From contig JBBAPI010000006.1 in the NCBI GenBank assembly GCA_040400915.1, forward strand, positions 704 through 64,703: DNA of 64,000 bases. Reading direction: 5' to 3'. Positions 19,873 through 31,158 of the stretch are shown here, in pieces (the stretch's first letter is position 1; every line of letters starts with the position of its first letter). The notes under the pieces were generated by a model. That model saw nothing but the letters and a program-made list of their open reading frames with translations. It had not been told where the DNA came from and did not search any database. Both the position numbers and the translations under genes were made by a program. This stretch comes from Rubrivivax sp. GTDB taxonomy: Bacteria; Pseudomonadota; Gammaproteobacteria; Burkholderiales; Burkholderiaceae_C.

Positions 19873-20991
19873 GTGCAATCCCTGATTTTCGCCTTCTTCG
19901 TCTCCATCCTGCTGACCGGCTGGGTCGTCCACGCCGCACGCCACGGCAAGGGCTCCGTGCTCGATCACGACACCTCCGGCCCGCAGAAATTTCACACACA
20001 GCCTGTGCCTCGCGTCGGCGGCATCGGCATCGTAGGCGGTGCCATCGCCGGGGCGGCCCTGCTGGCTTGGCTGAACCGCCCGGCCGGCGAACTGGCCGCG
20101 ATGCTGCTGCTCTGCGCCGCGCCGGCTTTCGCCGCCGGCTTGATCGAAGACCTGACCAAGCGCGTGAGCCCCGGCAAGCGGCTGCTGGCCACCGCGGTAT
20201 CGGCAGGGCTGGCGTTCTGGTTCCTGGGCGCGCAGATCACGCGCACCGACATTCCCGGCCTGGACACCCTGGTTTCCTTCGCTGCCGGCGCCTTGCTGGT
20301 CACGGTCTTTGCCGTGGCGGGCATCGCCAATTCGGTCAACATCATCGACGGCTTCAACGGCCTGTCTTCGATGTGCGTGATGATCATGCTGTCGGCTCTG
20401 GCCTATGTGGGCTTCCAGGTGAATGACGTTGCCGTCGCCACCCTGGCGCTGATGGGCATCGGCGCCGTGCTGGGCTTCTTCCTGTGGAATTTCCCGGCCG
20501 GGTTGATCTTTCTGGGCGATGGCGGCGCCTACTTTCTGGGCTTCTACGTGGCCGAGGTCTCCATCCTGCTGCTGGTGCGCAACCCCGGCATCTCGCCGCT
20601 GTTTCCGCTGCTGGTGTGCGTCTACCCCGTTTTCGAGACGCTGTTTTCCATCTACCGCCGACGTTTCCTGCGTTCGGTGCCGCCCAGCATGCCCGACGGT
20701 ATCCACCTGCATTCGCTGATCTACCGCCGCCTGCTGCGCTTGGCGGTCGGCGACCGCAACGCCCGCACGCTGACCCGGCGCAACTCGATGACCTCGCCTT
20801 TCCTGTGGCTGCTGTGCATGCTGTCGGTGGTGCCAGCCATCCTGTTTTGGGACAACACGGCGCTGATCGCCGGCGCGCTGGGCGTGTTCGCGCTGTCCTA
20901 CGTGGCGCTCTACTGGCGCATCGTGCGTTTCAAGTCGCCACGCTGGATGCGCATCCTGGCCAGCCGCCCGATGCCGCTGGGCAAGCGATAA
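19873..20991 (+). CDS. WecA/WbpL-type undecaprenyl-phosphate HexNAc-1-P transferase (MraY/GT4 family)
   Basis: PRVGGIGI, GLIEDL, NSVNIIDGFNGL, FLGDGGAY and HLH; polytopic; GTG start. Confidence 0.9.
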   Translation: MQSLIFAFFVSILLTGWVVHAARHGKGSVLDHDTSGPQKFHTQPVPRVGGIGIVGGAIAGAALLAWLNRPAGELAAMLLLCAAPAFAAGLIEDLTKRVSPGKRLLATAVSAGLAFWFLGAQITRTDIPGLDTLVSFAAGALLVTVFAVAGIANSVNIIDGFNGLSSMCVMIMLSALAYVGFQVNDVAVATLALMGIGAVLGFFLWNFPAGLIFLGDGGAYFLGFYVAEVSILLLVRNPGISPLFPLLVCVYPVFETLFSIYRRRFLRSVPPSMPDGIHLHSLIYRRLLRLAVGDRNARTLTRRNSMTSPFLWLLCMLSVVPAILFWDNTALIAGALGVFALSYVALYWRIVRFKSPRWMRILASRPMPLGKR

Positions 20992-21000
20992 TCGGGTGAC

Positions 21001-22506
<1,506 letters not shown>

Positions 22507-22607
22507 GCCCGGACGCAAGGGCGCGGAAGCGGCCTTGCGCCTGACGGAGGCCATCGGGCGATTTCACGCCCCAGGGCAGCAGGCGCCGGCTGCGGGTGGT
22601 CGGCGCC

Positions 22608-23363
22608 TCAGCTGGCCAGCAGGCTGAACACCGCCGGCCAGCGGTCGGGCATGGGCTGTGGCCGGGCGCGCCAGCCGACCACCGTGTCGGTGCGCGACCA
22701 GCCGGTCGGCAAGGTCAGCCCGCAACTGACGGCCACGCCGGTCTGCGGCGCCAAGGCGGCCAGCATCGCGTCCAGCACAGCGGCGTTGCGGTAGGGCGTC
22801 TCGATGACGATCTGCGTCTGCTGCAGCCGCCGCGACAGCGTTTCCAGTTCACGCAGCCGCGCCAGCCGCGCTGCGGCGTCTTGCGGCAGGTAGCCGACGA
22901 AGGCGAAGCTCTGGCCGTTCAGGCCGCTGGCGGCCAGCGCCAGCAGCAGCGAACTGGGGCCGGCCAGCGGCAGCACCGTCACGCCCGCAGCGTGGGCCGC
23001 GCGCACCAGCGCCGCGCCCGGGTCGGCCACTGCGGGCAGGCCGGCTTCCGACAGCAGGCCCAGGTCGTGCCCGTCCAGCGCCGGCTGCAGCAAGGCCTGC
23101 CACTGCGCGGGTGGAACGGGTTCGCGGCTGCCTTTGCGCGGTCGCGGCAGTTCGGTGATGGCGACGCTTTGCAGCGCCACGCCCAGCGGTGCGATGGCGT
23201 CGACGCGCTTCAGGAAGGCCCGCGCGCTGCGCGCGTCTTCGGCCGCCCAGTGGCGCAGCGCCGCCGCGCGGCGGATCACGCCCAGCGGCAGCACCTCTTG
23301 CAGGTCGACGGTCTCGGTGCCCAGGTCCAGGGCATTGGGCATCAGCACCAGCGTGCCCTTCAT
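22608..23363 (-). CDS. rsmI: Tetrapyrrole-methylase family SAM methyltransferase (RsmI-like)
   Basis: LLSEAGLPAVADPG, GPSSLLLALAASGLNGQSFAFVGYLP and IETPYRN. Start ATG 23363 forms an ATGA overlap with maf. Confidence 0.82.
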   Translation of the reverse strand: MKGTLVLMPNALDLGTETVDLQEVLPLGVIRRAAALRHWAAEDARSARAFLKRVDAIAPLGVALQSVAITELPRPRKGSREPVPPAQWQALLQPALDGHDLGLLSEAGLPAVADPGAALVRAAHAAGVTVLPLAGPSSLLLALAASGLNGQSFAFVGYLPQDAAARLARLRELETLSRRLQQTQIVIETPYRNAAVLDAMLAALAPQTGVAVSCGLTLPTGWSRTDTVVGWRARPQPMPDRWPAVFSLLAS

Positions 23364-23965
23364 GGCTGCAGCGCGTCCAGGCCGGCGGCGCGCAGCAGCG
23401 CGCAGGTGCGGATCAGCGGCAGGCCGATCAGCGCCGTGGGGTCGTCGCTCTCGATGCCGTCGAGCAGCGCGATGCCCAGGGTCTCGCATTTGGCGCTGCC
23501 GGCGCAGTCGTAGGGCTCTTCCAGCCGCAGGTAGCGCTCGATCTCGGCGTCGCTGAGCGAGCGGAAGTGCACGGTGACCGGGGCCAGCAGCGCCTGTTCG
23601 AAGCCGACGTCGGCGCGCACCACGGCCACTGCGGTCTGGAAGACCACGCGCCGCCCGCTCAGTTGGCGCAGCTGGGCGGTCGCCTTTTCGTGGTCGCCCG
23701 GTTTGCCGATGGGCAGGCCGTCGAGGTCGGCCACCTGGTCGGACCCGATCACCACGGCCTCGGGCCGGCCTTGCGCCACCGCTCTGGCCTTGGCCAGCGC
23801 CAGGCGCAGGGCCAAGGCGGGCGGTGCTTCGCCGGGCAGCGGGGTCTCGTCCACCTGCGGCGCCATCACCTCGAAGGGCAGATGGAGCCGTTCCAGCAGT
23901 TCGCGGCGGTAGCGTGAGGTCGAGGCCAGGATCAGGGGCGGGCGCGTGGGCAGGGCGGAGTTCAT
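23360..23965 (-). CDS. maf: Maf-family nucleotide pyrophosphatase (YceF-like)
   Basis: LILASTSRYRRELL, VDETP, VIGSDQV, GKPG and IGLPL. Confidence 0.92.
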   Translation of the reverse strand: MNSALPTRPPLILASTSRYRRELLERLHLPFEVMAPQVDETPLPGEAPPALALRLALAKARAVAQGRPEAVVIGSDQVADLDGLPIGKPGDHEKATAQLRQLSGRRVVFQTAVAVVRADVGFEQALLAPVTVHFRSLSDAEIERYLRLEEPYDCAGSAKCETLGIALLDGIESDDPTALIGLPLIRTCALLRAAGLDALQP

Positions 23966-24001
23966 GGGGAGTGATTTTCGTCGCAACGGCAGGTGTGCCC
24001 G

Positions 24002-24030
24002 TTGCATGGTTGTAGCTCTTGAGCGACACT
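24002..24030 (+). promoter_or_regulatory. sigma70-like promoter with overlapping palindromic operator for the TA operon
   Basis: TTGCAT(24002-07)-N17-GACACT(24025-30). Imperfect palindrome TGTAGCTC-TT-GAGCGACA at 24011-24028. ATG lies 7 nt after the -10. Confidence 0.55.
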
Positions 24031-24036
24031 CGGCCG

Positions 24037-24336
24037 ATGCGAGTCGAGAAGACCGACAGCTACAGCAGATGGATCGATGGTCTGAAGGACAGCGCCGGAC
24101 GAGCGCGAGTGCTGATGCGTGTTGATCGCCTCATCCATGGCAATCCTGGCGCACACCGTAACCTGACGGAAGGCGTATCCGAACTCAAGGTCGATGTTGG
24201 ACCCGGCTATCGGGTGTACTACTCGCAGCGCGGGGACCGGCTGATCTTGCTGATTGCAGGCGGTGACAAGTCAACGCAGGCCCAGGATATCGCCAAGGCA
24301 CTGGCGCTCAACCGGAATTTCGAGGATTCGTCATGA
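24037..24336 (+). CDS. Type II TA toxin, RelE/HigB-like addiction-module killer (HI1419 type)
   Basis: 99 aa with GVSELKVDVGPGYRVYY and LLIAGGDKSTQ..DI; overlaps the antitoxin start (ATGA). Confidence 0.9.
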   Translation: MRVEKTDSYSRWIDGLKDSAGRARVLMRVDRLIHGNPGAHRNLTEGVSELKVDVGPGYRVYYSQRGDRLILLIAGGDKSTQAQDIAKALALNRNFEDSS

Positions 24337-24662
24337 CCAAGGTTGCCACGATCAAGTCGTCAAAGACCAAGACCACGGCATACGACGTGTCGGAGCATCT
24401 GCGCACGCCTGAAGAGATGGCTGCTTATCTGGATGCTTGGCTTGCGGAGGCGCCAGAAGATACGGCGGGCATTGCCCGCGCGTTGGGCGATATCGCTCGG
24501 GCCAAAGGCATGTCGCAGGTGGCCAAAGACGCTGGCCTGAGCCGCGAAAGTCTCTACCGGGCCCTGAGCGCGGAAGGCAATCCAAGCTTTGCCACGGTCC
24601 TGAAGGTGGCCAAGGCGCTTGGCGTCAGGCTGCATGCGCAGGCCGTTCCAGGCGGCGCCTGA
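24333..24662 (+). CDS. Addiction-module antidote, HTH antitoxin (HI1420 type)
   Basis: YDVSEHL..PEEMAAYL and ALGDIARAKGMSQVAKDAGLSRESLYRALSAEGNPSFAT. Confidence 0.9.
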   Translation: MTKVATIKSSKTKTTAYDVSEHLRTPEEMAAYLDAWLAEAPEDTAGIARALGDIARAKGMSQVAKDAGLSRESLYRALSAEGNPSFATVLKVAKALGVRLHAQAVPGGA

Positions 24663-24668
24663 CCCTTT

Positions 24669-24701
24669 TGGCCGATCTCTTGCCAGTCAAGAGATCGGCC
24701 A
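24669..24701. repeat. Perfect 14-bp inverted repeat
   Basis: TGGCCGATCTCTTG-CCAGT-CAAGAGATCGGCCA. Confidence 0.9.
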
Positions 24702-24743
24702 GGTCCCGCTGGCTACACTCAGCCCCCGCTTTCGAAGATACCC

Positions 24744-25298
24744 ATGACCGACACCACCACCGATGCCCATGCCCTGGAGGTGCTGGCTTTCTGCCGGCAG
24801 GGCGGCAGCCTGCAAGGGCGCTGGCCGCTGGCCAGGATGACGCGCCTGGGCGACAGCCTGCAAGCCGCCGGCGACGACGCGGTGGTGGACTGGCAGGTCA
24901 CGGGCAGCCTGCTGCCGGTGACCGGTGGCGAGGCGGAGGTCTGGTTGCACCTGCAGGCCAGCGCCACGGTGAGCCTGCAATGCCAGCGCTGCCTGAAGGC
25001 CATGGACGAGGCCATCGCCGTCGACCGTCGCTTCCGCTTCGTGCGCACCGAGGCCGAGGCCCTGAAGCTGGACGAAGTCTCGGAAGACGACGTGCTGGTG
25101 CTGGAGCCGCGGCTGGACCTGGGCACCCTGCTGGAAGACGAGTTGATCCTGGGCCTGCCCATCGTGCCCATGCACACGGCCTGCCCCGAACCGCTGCGCC
25201 CACAGCGCGACGACACCGTGCTCGAAGACGAGGTGCCCCACCCCTTTGCCGCGCTGGCGGCGCTGCGCGGCAAGACGCCGCGGGACGGCGACGCCTGA
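24744..25298 (+). CDS. yceD: YceD/DUF177 family protein
   Basis: LQCQRCL and LLEDELILGLPIVPMH..C, ending HPFAALAAL; upstream of rpmF. Confidence 0.9.
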   Translation: MTDTTTDAHALEVLAFCRQGGSLQGRWPLARMTRLGDSLQAAGDDAVVDWQVTGSLLPVTGGEAEVWLHLQASATVSLQCQRCLKAMDEAIAVDRRFRFVRTEAEALKLDEVSEDDVLVLEPRLDLGTLLEDELILGLPIVPMHTACPEPLRPQRDDTVLEDEVPHPFAALAALRGKTPRDGDA

Positions 25299-25322
25299 GG
25301 CGCCGTCAGGCCAGCCCCGCAG

Positions 25323-25350
25323 TTGCTGAGCCGGGGCTGGGTGCTATACT
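25323..25350 (+). promoter_or_regulatory. sigma70 promoter of rpmF-plsX-fab
   Basis: TTGCTG-N16-TATACT with extended -10 TG (TGCTATACT, 25342-25350); AGGAGA RBS before rpmF. Confidence 0.6.
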
Positions 25351-25443
25351 GGAAGGCTTTGCGAGGGCTAGCCCCTCTTCGAGTCGAGTTATTGACTCTG
25401 GCGTGGGCCTGTCGGTCCAGCACGCCGATCCCAGGAGAATTTC

Positions 25444-25626
25444 ATGGCCGTTCAGCAGAACAAGAAGTCGCCTTCCAAGCGCGGCATGCACCGCTCACAC
25501 AACGCCGTCGCGGCGCCGGGTACGGCGGTCGAGTCGACCACGGGCGAGGTGCATCTGCGCCACCACATCAGCCCGACGGGTTTCTACCGGGGCCGCAAGG
25601 TCCTGAAGACCAAGGCCGACGCCTGA
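25444..25626 (+). CDS. rpmF: 50S ribosomal protein L32
   Basis: [19 protein letters not shown]...[15 protein letters not shown]. Confidence 0.98.
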   Translation: MAVQQNKKSPSKRGMHRSHNAVAAPGTAVESTTGEVHLRHHISPTGFYRGRKVLKTKADA

Positions 25627-25742
25627 TCAACGGCGTGGGCCGGTCCCGGTCCACCGCCGTGTTCCTCGGCATCCGATACCCCGGGCGGCAACGTTCGACC
25701 GGGAGCGTCGGCATGCCTTGTGACGCAGCCCTAGCCTGAGCC

Positions 25743-26825
25743 GTGTCGACGTCTGCCGCGCCCGCCCCGCTGGACCGTGTCCGCATTGCCGTGGACTGTA
25801 TGGGCGGCGACCATGGGCCCGCCGTCACGCTGCCGGCCTGCCGGTCCTTCCTTGACGCGCACCCCCATGCGGAGCTGATCCTGGTCGGGCAGCCGCAGGC
25901 CCTGGCCGGCGCCCGGGATTGGCCACGCTGTTCGGTGGTTGCGGCCAGTGAAGTCGTCACCATGGACGACGCCATCGAAGTGGCCCTGCGCCGCAAGCGC
26001 GATTCGTCGATGCGTGTGGCCATCGCCCAGGTCAAGGATGGCGCGCACGCCTGCGTCTCGGCCGGCAACACCGGGGCCTTGATGGCGCTGGCGCGTTTCC
26101 TGCTGAAGACGCTGGACGGCATCGACCGCCCGGCCATCGCCACCGTCATGCCCAACCGCCAGGACGGCTACACGACCGTGTTGGACCTCGGCGCCAACGT
26201 CGACTGCACGCCCGAACACCTGCTGCAGTTCGCGGTGATGGGCAGCGCGCTGGTGTCGGCGGTGGACGGCACGGCCGAGCCGACGGTGGGCCTGCTGAAC
26301 ATCGGCGAAGAAGCCATCAAGGGCAGCGAAACCATCAAGCGCGCCGGTGAATTGCTGCGTGCGGCCGGCGCTGCCGGGCAGATCCGCTTCGTCGGCAATG
26401 TCGAAGGCAACGACATCTTCAAGGGCACCGTGGACGTGGTCGTCTGCGACGGCTTCGTCGGCAATGTCCTGTTGAAGACCAGCGAAGGCCTGGCGTCGAT
26501 GCTGGGCGAATTCATCAAGCAGGAATTCACCCGCGGCCCCTACGCCAAGCTGGCTGCGCTGGTCGCCCTGCCCGTGTTGAAGCGCTTCAAGCACCGGGTC
26601 GACCCACGCCGCTACAACGGTGCGGCTTTGCTGGGCTTGCGCGGCCTGGTCTTCAAGAGCCACGGTTCGGCCGACGCCTACGCTTTCGAACAAGCGCTGG
26701 CCCGGGCTTATGATGCTTCGCGCAACCGGCTGCTGGACCGCGTGCACGACCGCCTGGGCGGCGCTGCACCCAGCCTGCAGCCGGCCCTGCCGGTCGGCGA
26801 TGTCGGCCTGGAACCCGCTGCATGA
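25743..26825 (+). CDS. plsX: Phosphate acyltransferase PlsX
   Basis: [37 protein letters not shown] and KSHGS. Confidence 0.96.
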   Translation: MSTSAAPAPLDRVRIAVDCMGGDHGPAVTLPACRSFLDAHPHAELILVGQPQALAGARDWPRCSVVAASEVVTMDDAIEVALRRKRDSSMRVAIAQVKDGAHACVSAGNTGALMALARFLLKTLDGIDRPAIATVMPNRQDGYTTVLDLGANVDCTPEHLLQFAVMGSALVSAVDGTAEPTVGLLNIGEEAIKGSETIKRAGELLRAAGAAGQIRFVGNVEGNDIFKGTVDVVVCDGFVGNVLLKTSEGLASMLGEFIKQEFTRGPYAKLAALVALPVLKRFKHRVDPRRYNGAALLGLRGLVFKSHGSADAYAFEQALARAYDASRNRLLDRVHDRLGGAAPSLQPALPVGDVGLEPAA

Positions 26826-27829
26826 ACCCACAGGCACCCGCTACCCCATCCGCGCCGCGCTACGCCCGCATCACCGGCACCGGCAGCCACCTGCCGCCGC
26901 GCCGCTTGAGCAATGCCGACATGGCCGCCATGCTGGCCGAGCGCGGCCTGGAGACCAGCGACGCCTGGATCGTCGAGCGCACCGGCATCCGCGCCCGCCA
27001 CTTCGCCGATGACGGCGTGTATGCCAGCGACCTGGCGCTGCTGGCCGCGCGCGCGGCCCTGGAAGCGGCCGGCCGCCGGGCCGATGAACTCGACCTGATC
27101 ATTGTCGCCACCTCGACGCCGGACATGGTCTTCCCGTCCACCGCCTGCATCCTGCAGAACAAGCTGGGTGCCAACGGCTGCGCGGCCTTCGACCTGCAGG
27201 CGGTGTGCTCGGGCTTCGTCTATGCGCTGGCCGTGGCCGACGCCATGATCCGCGCCGGCGGCGCGCGCTGTGCGCTGGTGGTCGGCGCCGAAGTCTTCTC
27301 GCGCATCCTCGACTTCAACGACCGCACCACCTGCGTGCTATTCGGCGATGGCGCCGGCGCCGTGGTGCTGGAAGCCAGCGAAGAAGCCGGCATCCTGGCC
27401 ACCGATCTGCATGCCGACGGCAAGCACGTGGGCATCCTGTGCGTGCCGGGCACCGTGGCCGGCGGCGAGGTGCTGGGCGACCCGCTGCTGAAGATGGACG
27501 GCCCGGCGGTGTTCAAGCTGGCCGTGGGTGTGCTGGACAGCGCGGCGCGCGCGGTGCTGGCCAAGGCCGGCCTGACCGAAGCCGATGTCGACTGGCTGAT
27601 CCCGCACCAGGCCAATATCCGCATCATGCTGGGCACGGCCAAGAAGCTGAAGCTGTCGCCGGACAAGGTCATCGTCACCGTCGACGAACACGGCAACACC
27701 TCGGCCGCTTCGGTGCCGCTGGCGCTGGATGTGGCCGTGCGCAGCGGCCGCGTGAAGCGCGGCGACACGCTGCTGCTCGAAGGCGTCGGCGGCGGCTTCA
27801 CCTGGGGTGCCGTGCTGCTGCGCTACTAG
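26822..27829 (+). CDS. fabH: 3-oxoacyl-ACP synthase III
   Basis: ERTGI, catalytic AVCSGF, FGDGAGA, PHQAN and HGNTSAAS. Confidence 0.97.
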   Translation: MNPQAPATPSAPRYARITGTGSHLPPRRLSNADMAAMLAERGLETSDAWIVERTGIRARHFADDGVYASDLALLAARAALEAAGRRADELDLIIVATSTPDMVFPSTACILQNKLGANGCAAFDLQAVCSGFVYALAVADAMIRAGGARCALVVGAEVFSRILDFNDRTTCVLFGDGAGAVVLEASEEAGILATDLHADGKHVGILCVPGTVAGGEVLGDPLLKMDGPAVFKLAVGVLDSAARAVLAKAGLTEADVDWLIPHQANIRIMLGTAKKLKLSPDKVIVTVDEHGNTSAASVPLALDVAVRSGRVKRGDTLLLEGVGGGFTWGAVLLRY

Positions 27830-27874
27830 CGCCTGCGCACCCCGCTCATCCGACTCTGCTGCCCGCCTCATCCG

Positions 27875-28813
27875 ATGCCTGAATTTGCTTTCGTCTTCCC
27901 CGGCCAGGGCTCGCAGTCCGTCGGCATGCTCGACGCCTGGGGCGACCACCCGGCGGTGCAGGCCACGCTGGCCGAAGCCTCGGACGCGCTGGGTGAAGAC
28001 CTGGGCCGCTTGATCCACGCCGGCCCCAAAGAGGCGCTGGAACTGACCACCAACACGCAACCGGTGATGCTGGCCTCGGCCATCGCCTGCTACCGCGCCT
28101 GGCGTGCTGAAGGCGGTGCCGAACCGGCTGCGGTGGCCGGCCATTCGCTGGGTGAATACAGCGCCCTGGTGGTCGCTGAAGCGCTCAGCCTGGCCGATGC
28201 GCTGCCGCTGGTGCGCCTGCGTGCGCAGGCCATGCAGCAGGCCGTGCCGGTGGGCGCTGGGGCGATGGCCGCCATCCTGGGCCTGGACGCCGCCGTGGTG
28301 GCCGCCGCCTGCGCCGAGGTGGCTGCGGCCAGCGGGCAAGCCGTCGCGCCGGCCAACTTCAACGACCCCAAACAGACCGTCATCGCCGGCACCAAGGCCG
28401 GCGTCGACCTGGCCTGCGAGAAGCTGAAAAGCCTGGGCGCCAAGCGCGCCTTGCTGCTGGCCGTGTCGGCACCTTTCCATTCGGCGTTGATGAAGCCGGC
28501 GGCCGAAGTGCTGCGCGACGGGCTGGCCAGCGTGGCCATCCGCTCGCCGCGGATTCCGGTGGTCAACAACATCGACGTGGCCGTGCAGACCGAGCCCGAC
28601 GCCATCCGCGACGCGCTCTACCGCCAGGCTTTCGGGCCGGTGCGCTGGGTCGAGGTGACGCAGGCCCTGAAGGCCCGCGGTCTGCAGCACATCTTCGAAT
28701 GCGGGCCGGGCAAGGTGCTGGCCGGCCTGGTCAAGCGCATCGACGCCGACCTCGTCACCACCACCGTGCTGGACCCGGCCAGCCTGGCCCACGCCCAAGG
28801 CCTGCTGGCATGA
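27875..28813 (+). CDS. fabD: Malonyl-CoA:ACP transacylase
   Basis: FPGQGSQ, GHSLGEY and SAPFHS. Confidence 0.97.
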   Translation: MPEFAFVFPGQGSQSVGMLDAWGDHPAVQATLAEASDALGEDLGRLIHAGPKEALELTTNTQPVMLASAIACYRAWRAEGGAEPAAVAGHSLGEYSALVVAEALSLADALPLVRLRAQAMQQAVPVGAGAMAAILGLDAAVVAAACAEVAAASGQAVAPANFNDPKQTVIAGTKAGVDLACEKLKSLGAKRALLLAVSAPFHSALMKPAAEVLRDGLASVAIRSPRIPVVNNIDVAVQTEPDAIRDALYRQAFGPVRWVEVTQALKARGLQHIFECGPGKVLAGLVKRIDADLVTTTVLDPASLAHAQGLLA

Positions 28814-29562
28814 GCGACGACACGAACACAGCCGCCCAGGTCGCGCTGGTCACCGGCGCCACGCGCGGCATCGGCCGGGCCATCGCGCTGGCGCTGGCCG
28901 GCGCGGGCTACCGGGTCACCGGCACGGCCACATCCGCCGCCGGCGCGGCCTCGATCAGCGCAGCGCTGGCCGCCCATCCCGGCTGCCAGGGCATCGTGCT
29001 CGACGTCACCGACGGCGCGGCGCTCGAAGCCGCCATCGACAGCCTGGTGAAGACGCAGGGCGGCCTGCACGTGCTGGTCAACAACGCCGGCATCACGCGC
29101 GACGGCCTGTCCATGCGCATGAAGGACGACGACTGGGACGCGGTGCACGACACCAACCTCAAGGCCGTCTTCCGCGCCTGTCGCGCCGCCACCCGGCCGA
29201 TGATGAAGCAGCGCTATGGCCGGCTGATCAACATCACGTCGGTGGTGGGCGCCATCGGCAACGCGGGCCAGGCCAACTACGCAGCGGCCAAGGCCGGCGT
29301 GGCCGGGCTGACACGTGCGCTGGCCCGTGAACTGGGCGGCCGCAACATCACCGCCAACTGCGTCGCGCCGGGCTTCATCGCCACCGACATGACCCACGGT
29401 CTGCCCGAAGCCGTGAAGACGGCCTTGCTGGCGCAGATCCCGCTGGGCCGCCTGGGTGCGGCCGAAGACGTGGCCCACGCGGTGCTGTTCCTGGCCAGCC
29501 CTGAGGCCGGCTACATCACGGGCACCGAACTGGCCGTCAATGGCGGCATGCACATGGGCTGA
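28810..29562 (+). CDS. fabG: 3-oxoacyl-ACP reductase
   Basis: TGATRGIG, NNAGITRD and NYAAAK; start ATG 28810. Confidence 0.96.
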   Translation: MSDDTNTAAQVALVTGATRGIGRAIALALAGAGYRVTGTATSAAGAASISAALAAHPGCQGIVLDVTDGAALEAAIDSLVKTQGGLHVLVNNAGITRDGLSMRMKDDDWDAVHDTNLKAVFRACRAATRPMMKQRYGRLINITSVVGAIGNAGQANYAAAKAGVAGLTRALARELGGRNITANCVAPGFIATDMTHGLPEAVKTALLAQIPLGRLGAAEDVAHAVLFLASPEAGYITGTELAVNGGMHMG

Positions 29563-29617
29563 GCCGCAGCGCGGCGCACATCGAAGATCACTGAAAATCC
29601 GGGTCGAGCCCCGCCGG

Positions 29618-29623
29618 TAGAAT
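29618..29623 (+). promoter_or_regulatory. Candidate -10 (TAGAAT) of the acpP promoter
   Basis: Sits in the 99-bp fabG-acpP gap with a GGAGGA RBS downstream. Confidence 0.45.
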
Positions 29624-29661
29624 CGTGGGCTGTGTGAACCGTCCCCACTCCTGGAGGAGTC

Positions 29662-29901
29662 ATGAGCGATATTGAAGCGCGAGTCAAGAAGATCATTGCC
29701 GAGCAACTCGGCGTACCCGAATCCGACGTCACCAACGAGAAGGCCTTCGTGGCCGACCTCGGTGCCGACTCGCTGGACACCGTTGAACTGGTGATGGCCT
29801 TGGAGGACGAGTTCGGGATCGAGATCCCCGACGAAGAGGCCGAGAAGATCACCACGGTTCAGTTGGCCATCGACTACGCCTCGACCCATCAGAAGGGCTG
29901 A
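29662..29901 (+). CDS. acpP: Acyl carrier protein
   Basis: [20 protein letters not shown]. Confidence 0.99.
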   Translation: MSDIEARVKKIIAEQLGVPESDVTNEKAFVADLGADSLDTVELVMALEDEFGIEIPDEEAEKITTVQLAIDYASTHQKG

Positions 29902-29907
29902 GCGCGG

Positions 29908-31152
29908 ATGACCCGTCGCCGCGTTGTCGTCACGGGCCTGGGGCTCGTGAGCCCGGTGGGCAATTCGGTGTCCGAAGGCTGGGCCAATCTGGTGGCCGGC
30001 CGCACGGGCATCGCGAACATCACGAAGTTCGACGCGTCGAACTTCGCCTGCCGGTTCGCGGGTGAGGTCAAGGGTTTCCGGATCGAGGATTACATCCCCG
30101 CCAAGGAAGCCCGCCACATGGACACCTTCATCCATTTCGGCATGGCTGCGGCCATGCAGGCGGTGCAGGATGCGGGCTTGCCGCACGGCGAAACGCTGAG
30201 CGAAGACCAGGCCGAACGCATCGGCTGTCTGGTCGGTTCGGGCATCGGCGGTTTGCCGATGATCGAGCTGACCGACGGCGAATACCGGGAACGCGGCCCG
30301 CGCCGCATTTCGCCCTTCTTCGTGCCGGCCTCGATCATCAACATGATCTCGGGGCATGTCTCCATCCTGTACGGCTACACGGGGCCGAACCTGGCCATCG
30401 TGACGGCCTGCACGACGGGCCTGCACGCCATCGGGCAAGCCGGAAGGCTCATCGAGTACGGCGACGCCGACGTGATGATCGCCGGCGGTGCCGAAAGCAC
30501 GGTCTCGCCGCTGGGCGTGGGCGGCTTCGCCGCGGCGCGTGCGCTGTCCACGCGCAACGACGACCCCCAGACGGCCTCGCGCCCCTGGGACCGCGACCGC
30601 GACGGTTTCGTGCTGGGCGAAGGCGCGGGCGTGGTGGTGCTCGAAGAATACGAACACGCCAGGAAGCGCGGCGCCAAGATCTACGCCGAGCTGGCCGGTT
30701 TCGGCATGGGTGCTGACGCCCACCACATGACGGCGCCCAACGTCGACGGCCCCAAGCGCAGCATGAAGGCGGCGCTGCGCAATGCCGGTGTCAACGCGTC
30801 CGAGGTGCAGTACCTGAACGCGCACGGCACCAGCACGCCGCTGGGCGATGCCAACGAGACGAATGCCATCAAGCTGGCCTTCGGCGACCATGCCCGGCAA
30901 CTGGTGGTCAATTCGACCAAGTCGATGACCGGCCACCTGCTGGGCGGCGCCGGCGGCATTGAGGCTGTCTTCACGGTGCTGGCACTGCACCATCAGGTCT
31001 CGCCGCCGACCATCAACATCTTCAACCAGGACCCCGAGTGCGACCTGGACTACTGCGCCAACGAGGCGCGGCAGATGAAGATCGAGGTGGCCGTGAAGAA
31101 CAACTTCGGCTTCGGCGGCACCAACGGCACGCTGGTGTTCCGGCGCGCCTGA
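29908..31152 (+). CDS. fabF: 3-oxoacyl-ACP synthase II
   Basis: TACTTG, NAHGTST, KSMTGHLLG and NNFGFGGTN. Confidence 0.97.
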   Translation: MTRRRVVVTGLGLVSPVGNSVSEGWANLVAGRTGIANITKFDASNFACRFAGEVKGFRIEDYIPAKEARHMDTFIHFGMAAAMQAVQDAGLPHGETLSEDQAERIGCLVGSGIGGLPMIELTDGEYRERGPRRISPFFVPASIINMISGHVSILYGYTGPNLAIVTACTTGLHAIGQAGRLIEYGDADVMIAGGAESTVSPLGVGGFAAARALSTRNDDPQTASRPWDRDRDGFVLGEGAGVVVLEEYEHARKRGAKIYAELAGFGMGADAHHMTAPNVDGPKRSMKAALRNAGVNASEVQYLNAHGTSTPLGDANETNAIKLAFGDHARQLVVNSTKSMTGHLLGGAGGIEAVFTVLALHHQVSPPTINIFNQDPECDLDYCANEARQMKIEVAVKNNFGFGGTNGTLVFRRA

Positions 31153-31158
31153 TCCGGC

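Noticed and set aside
22515-22608. GC hairpins between rhlE and rsmI (GCAAGG/CCTTGC; AGGCGCCG/CGGCGCCT)
   Set aside because: No U-tract; short GC stems are common at this composition. Possibly terminators but not supportable.
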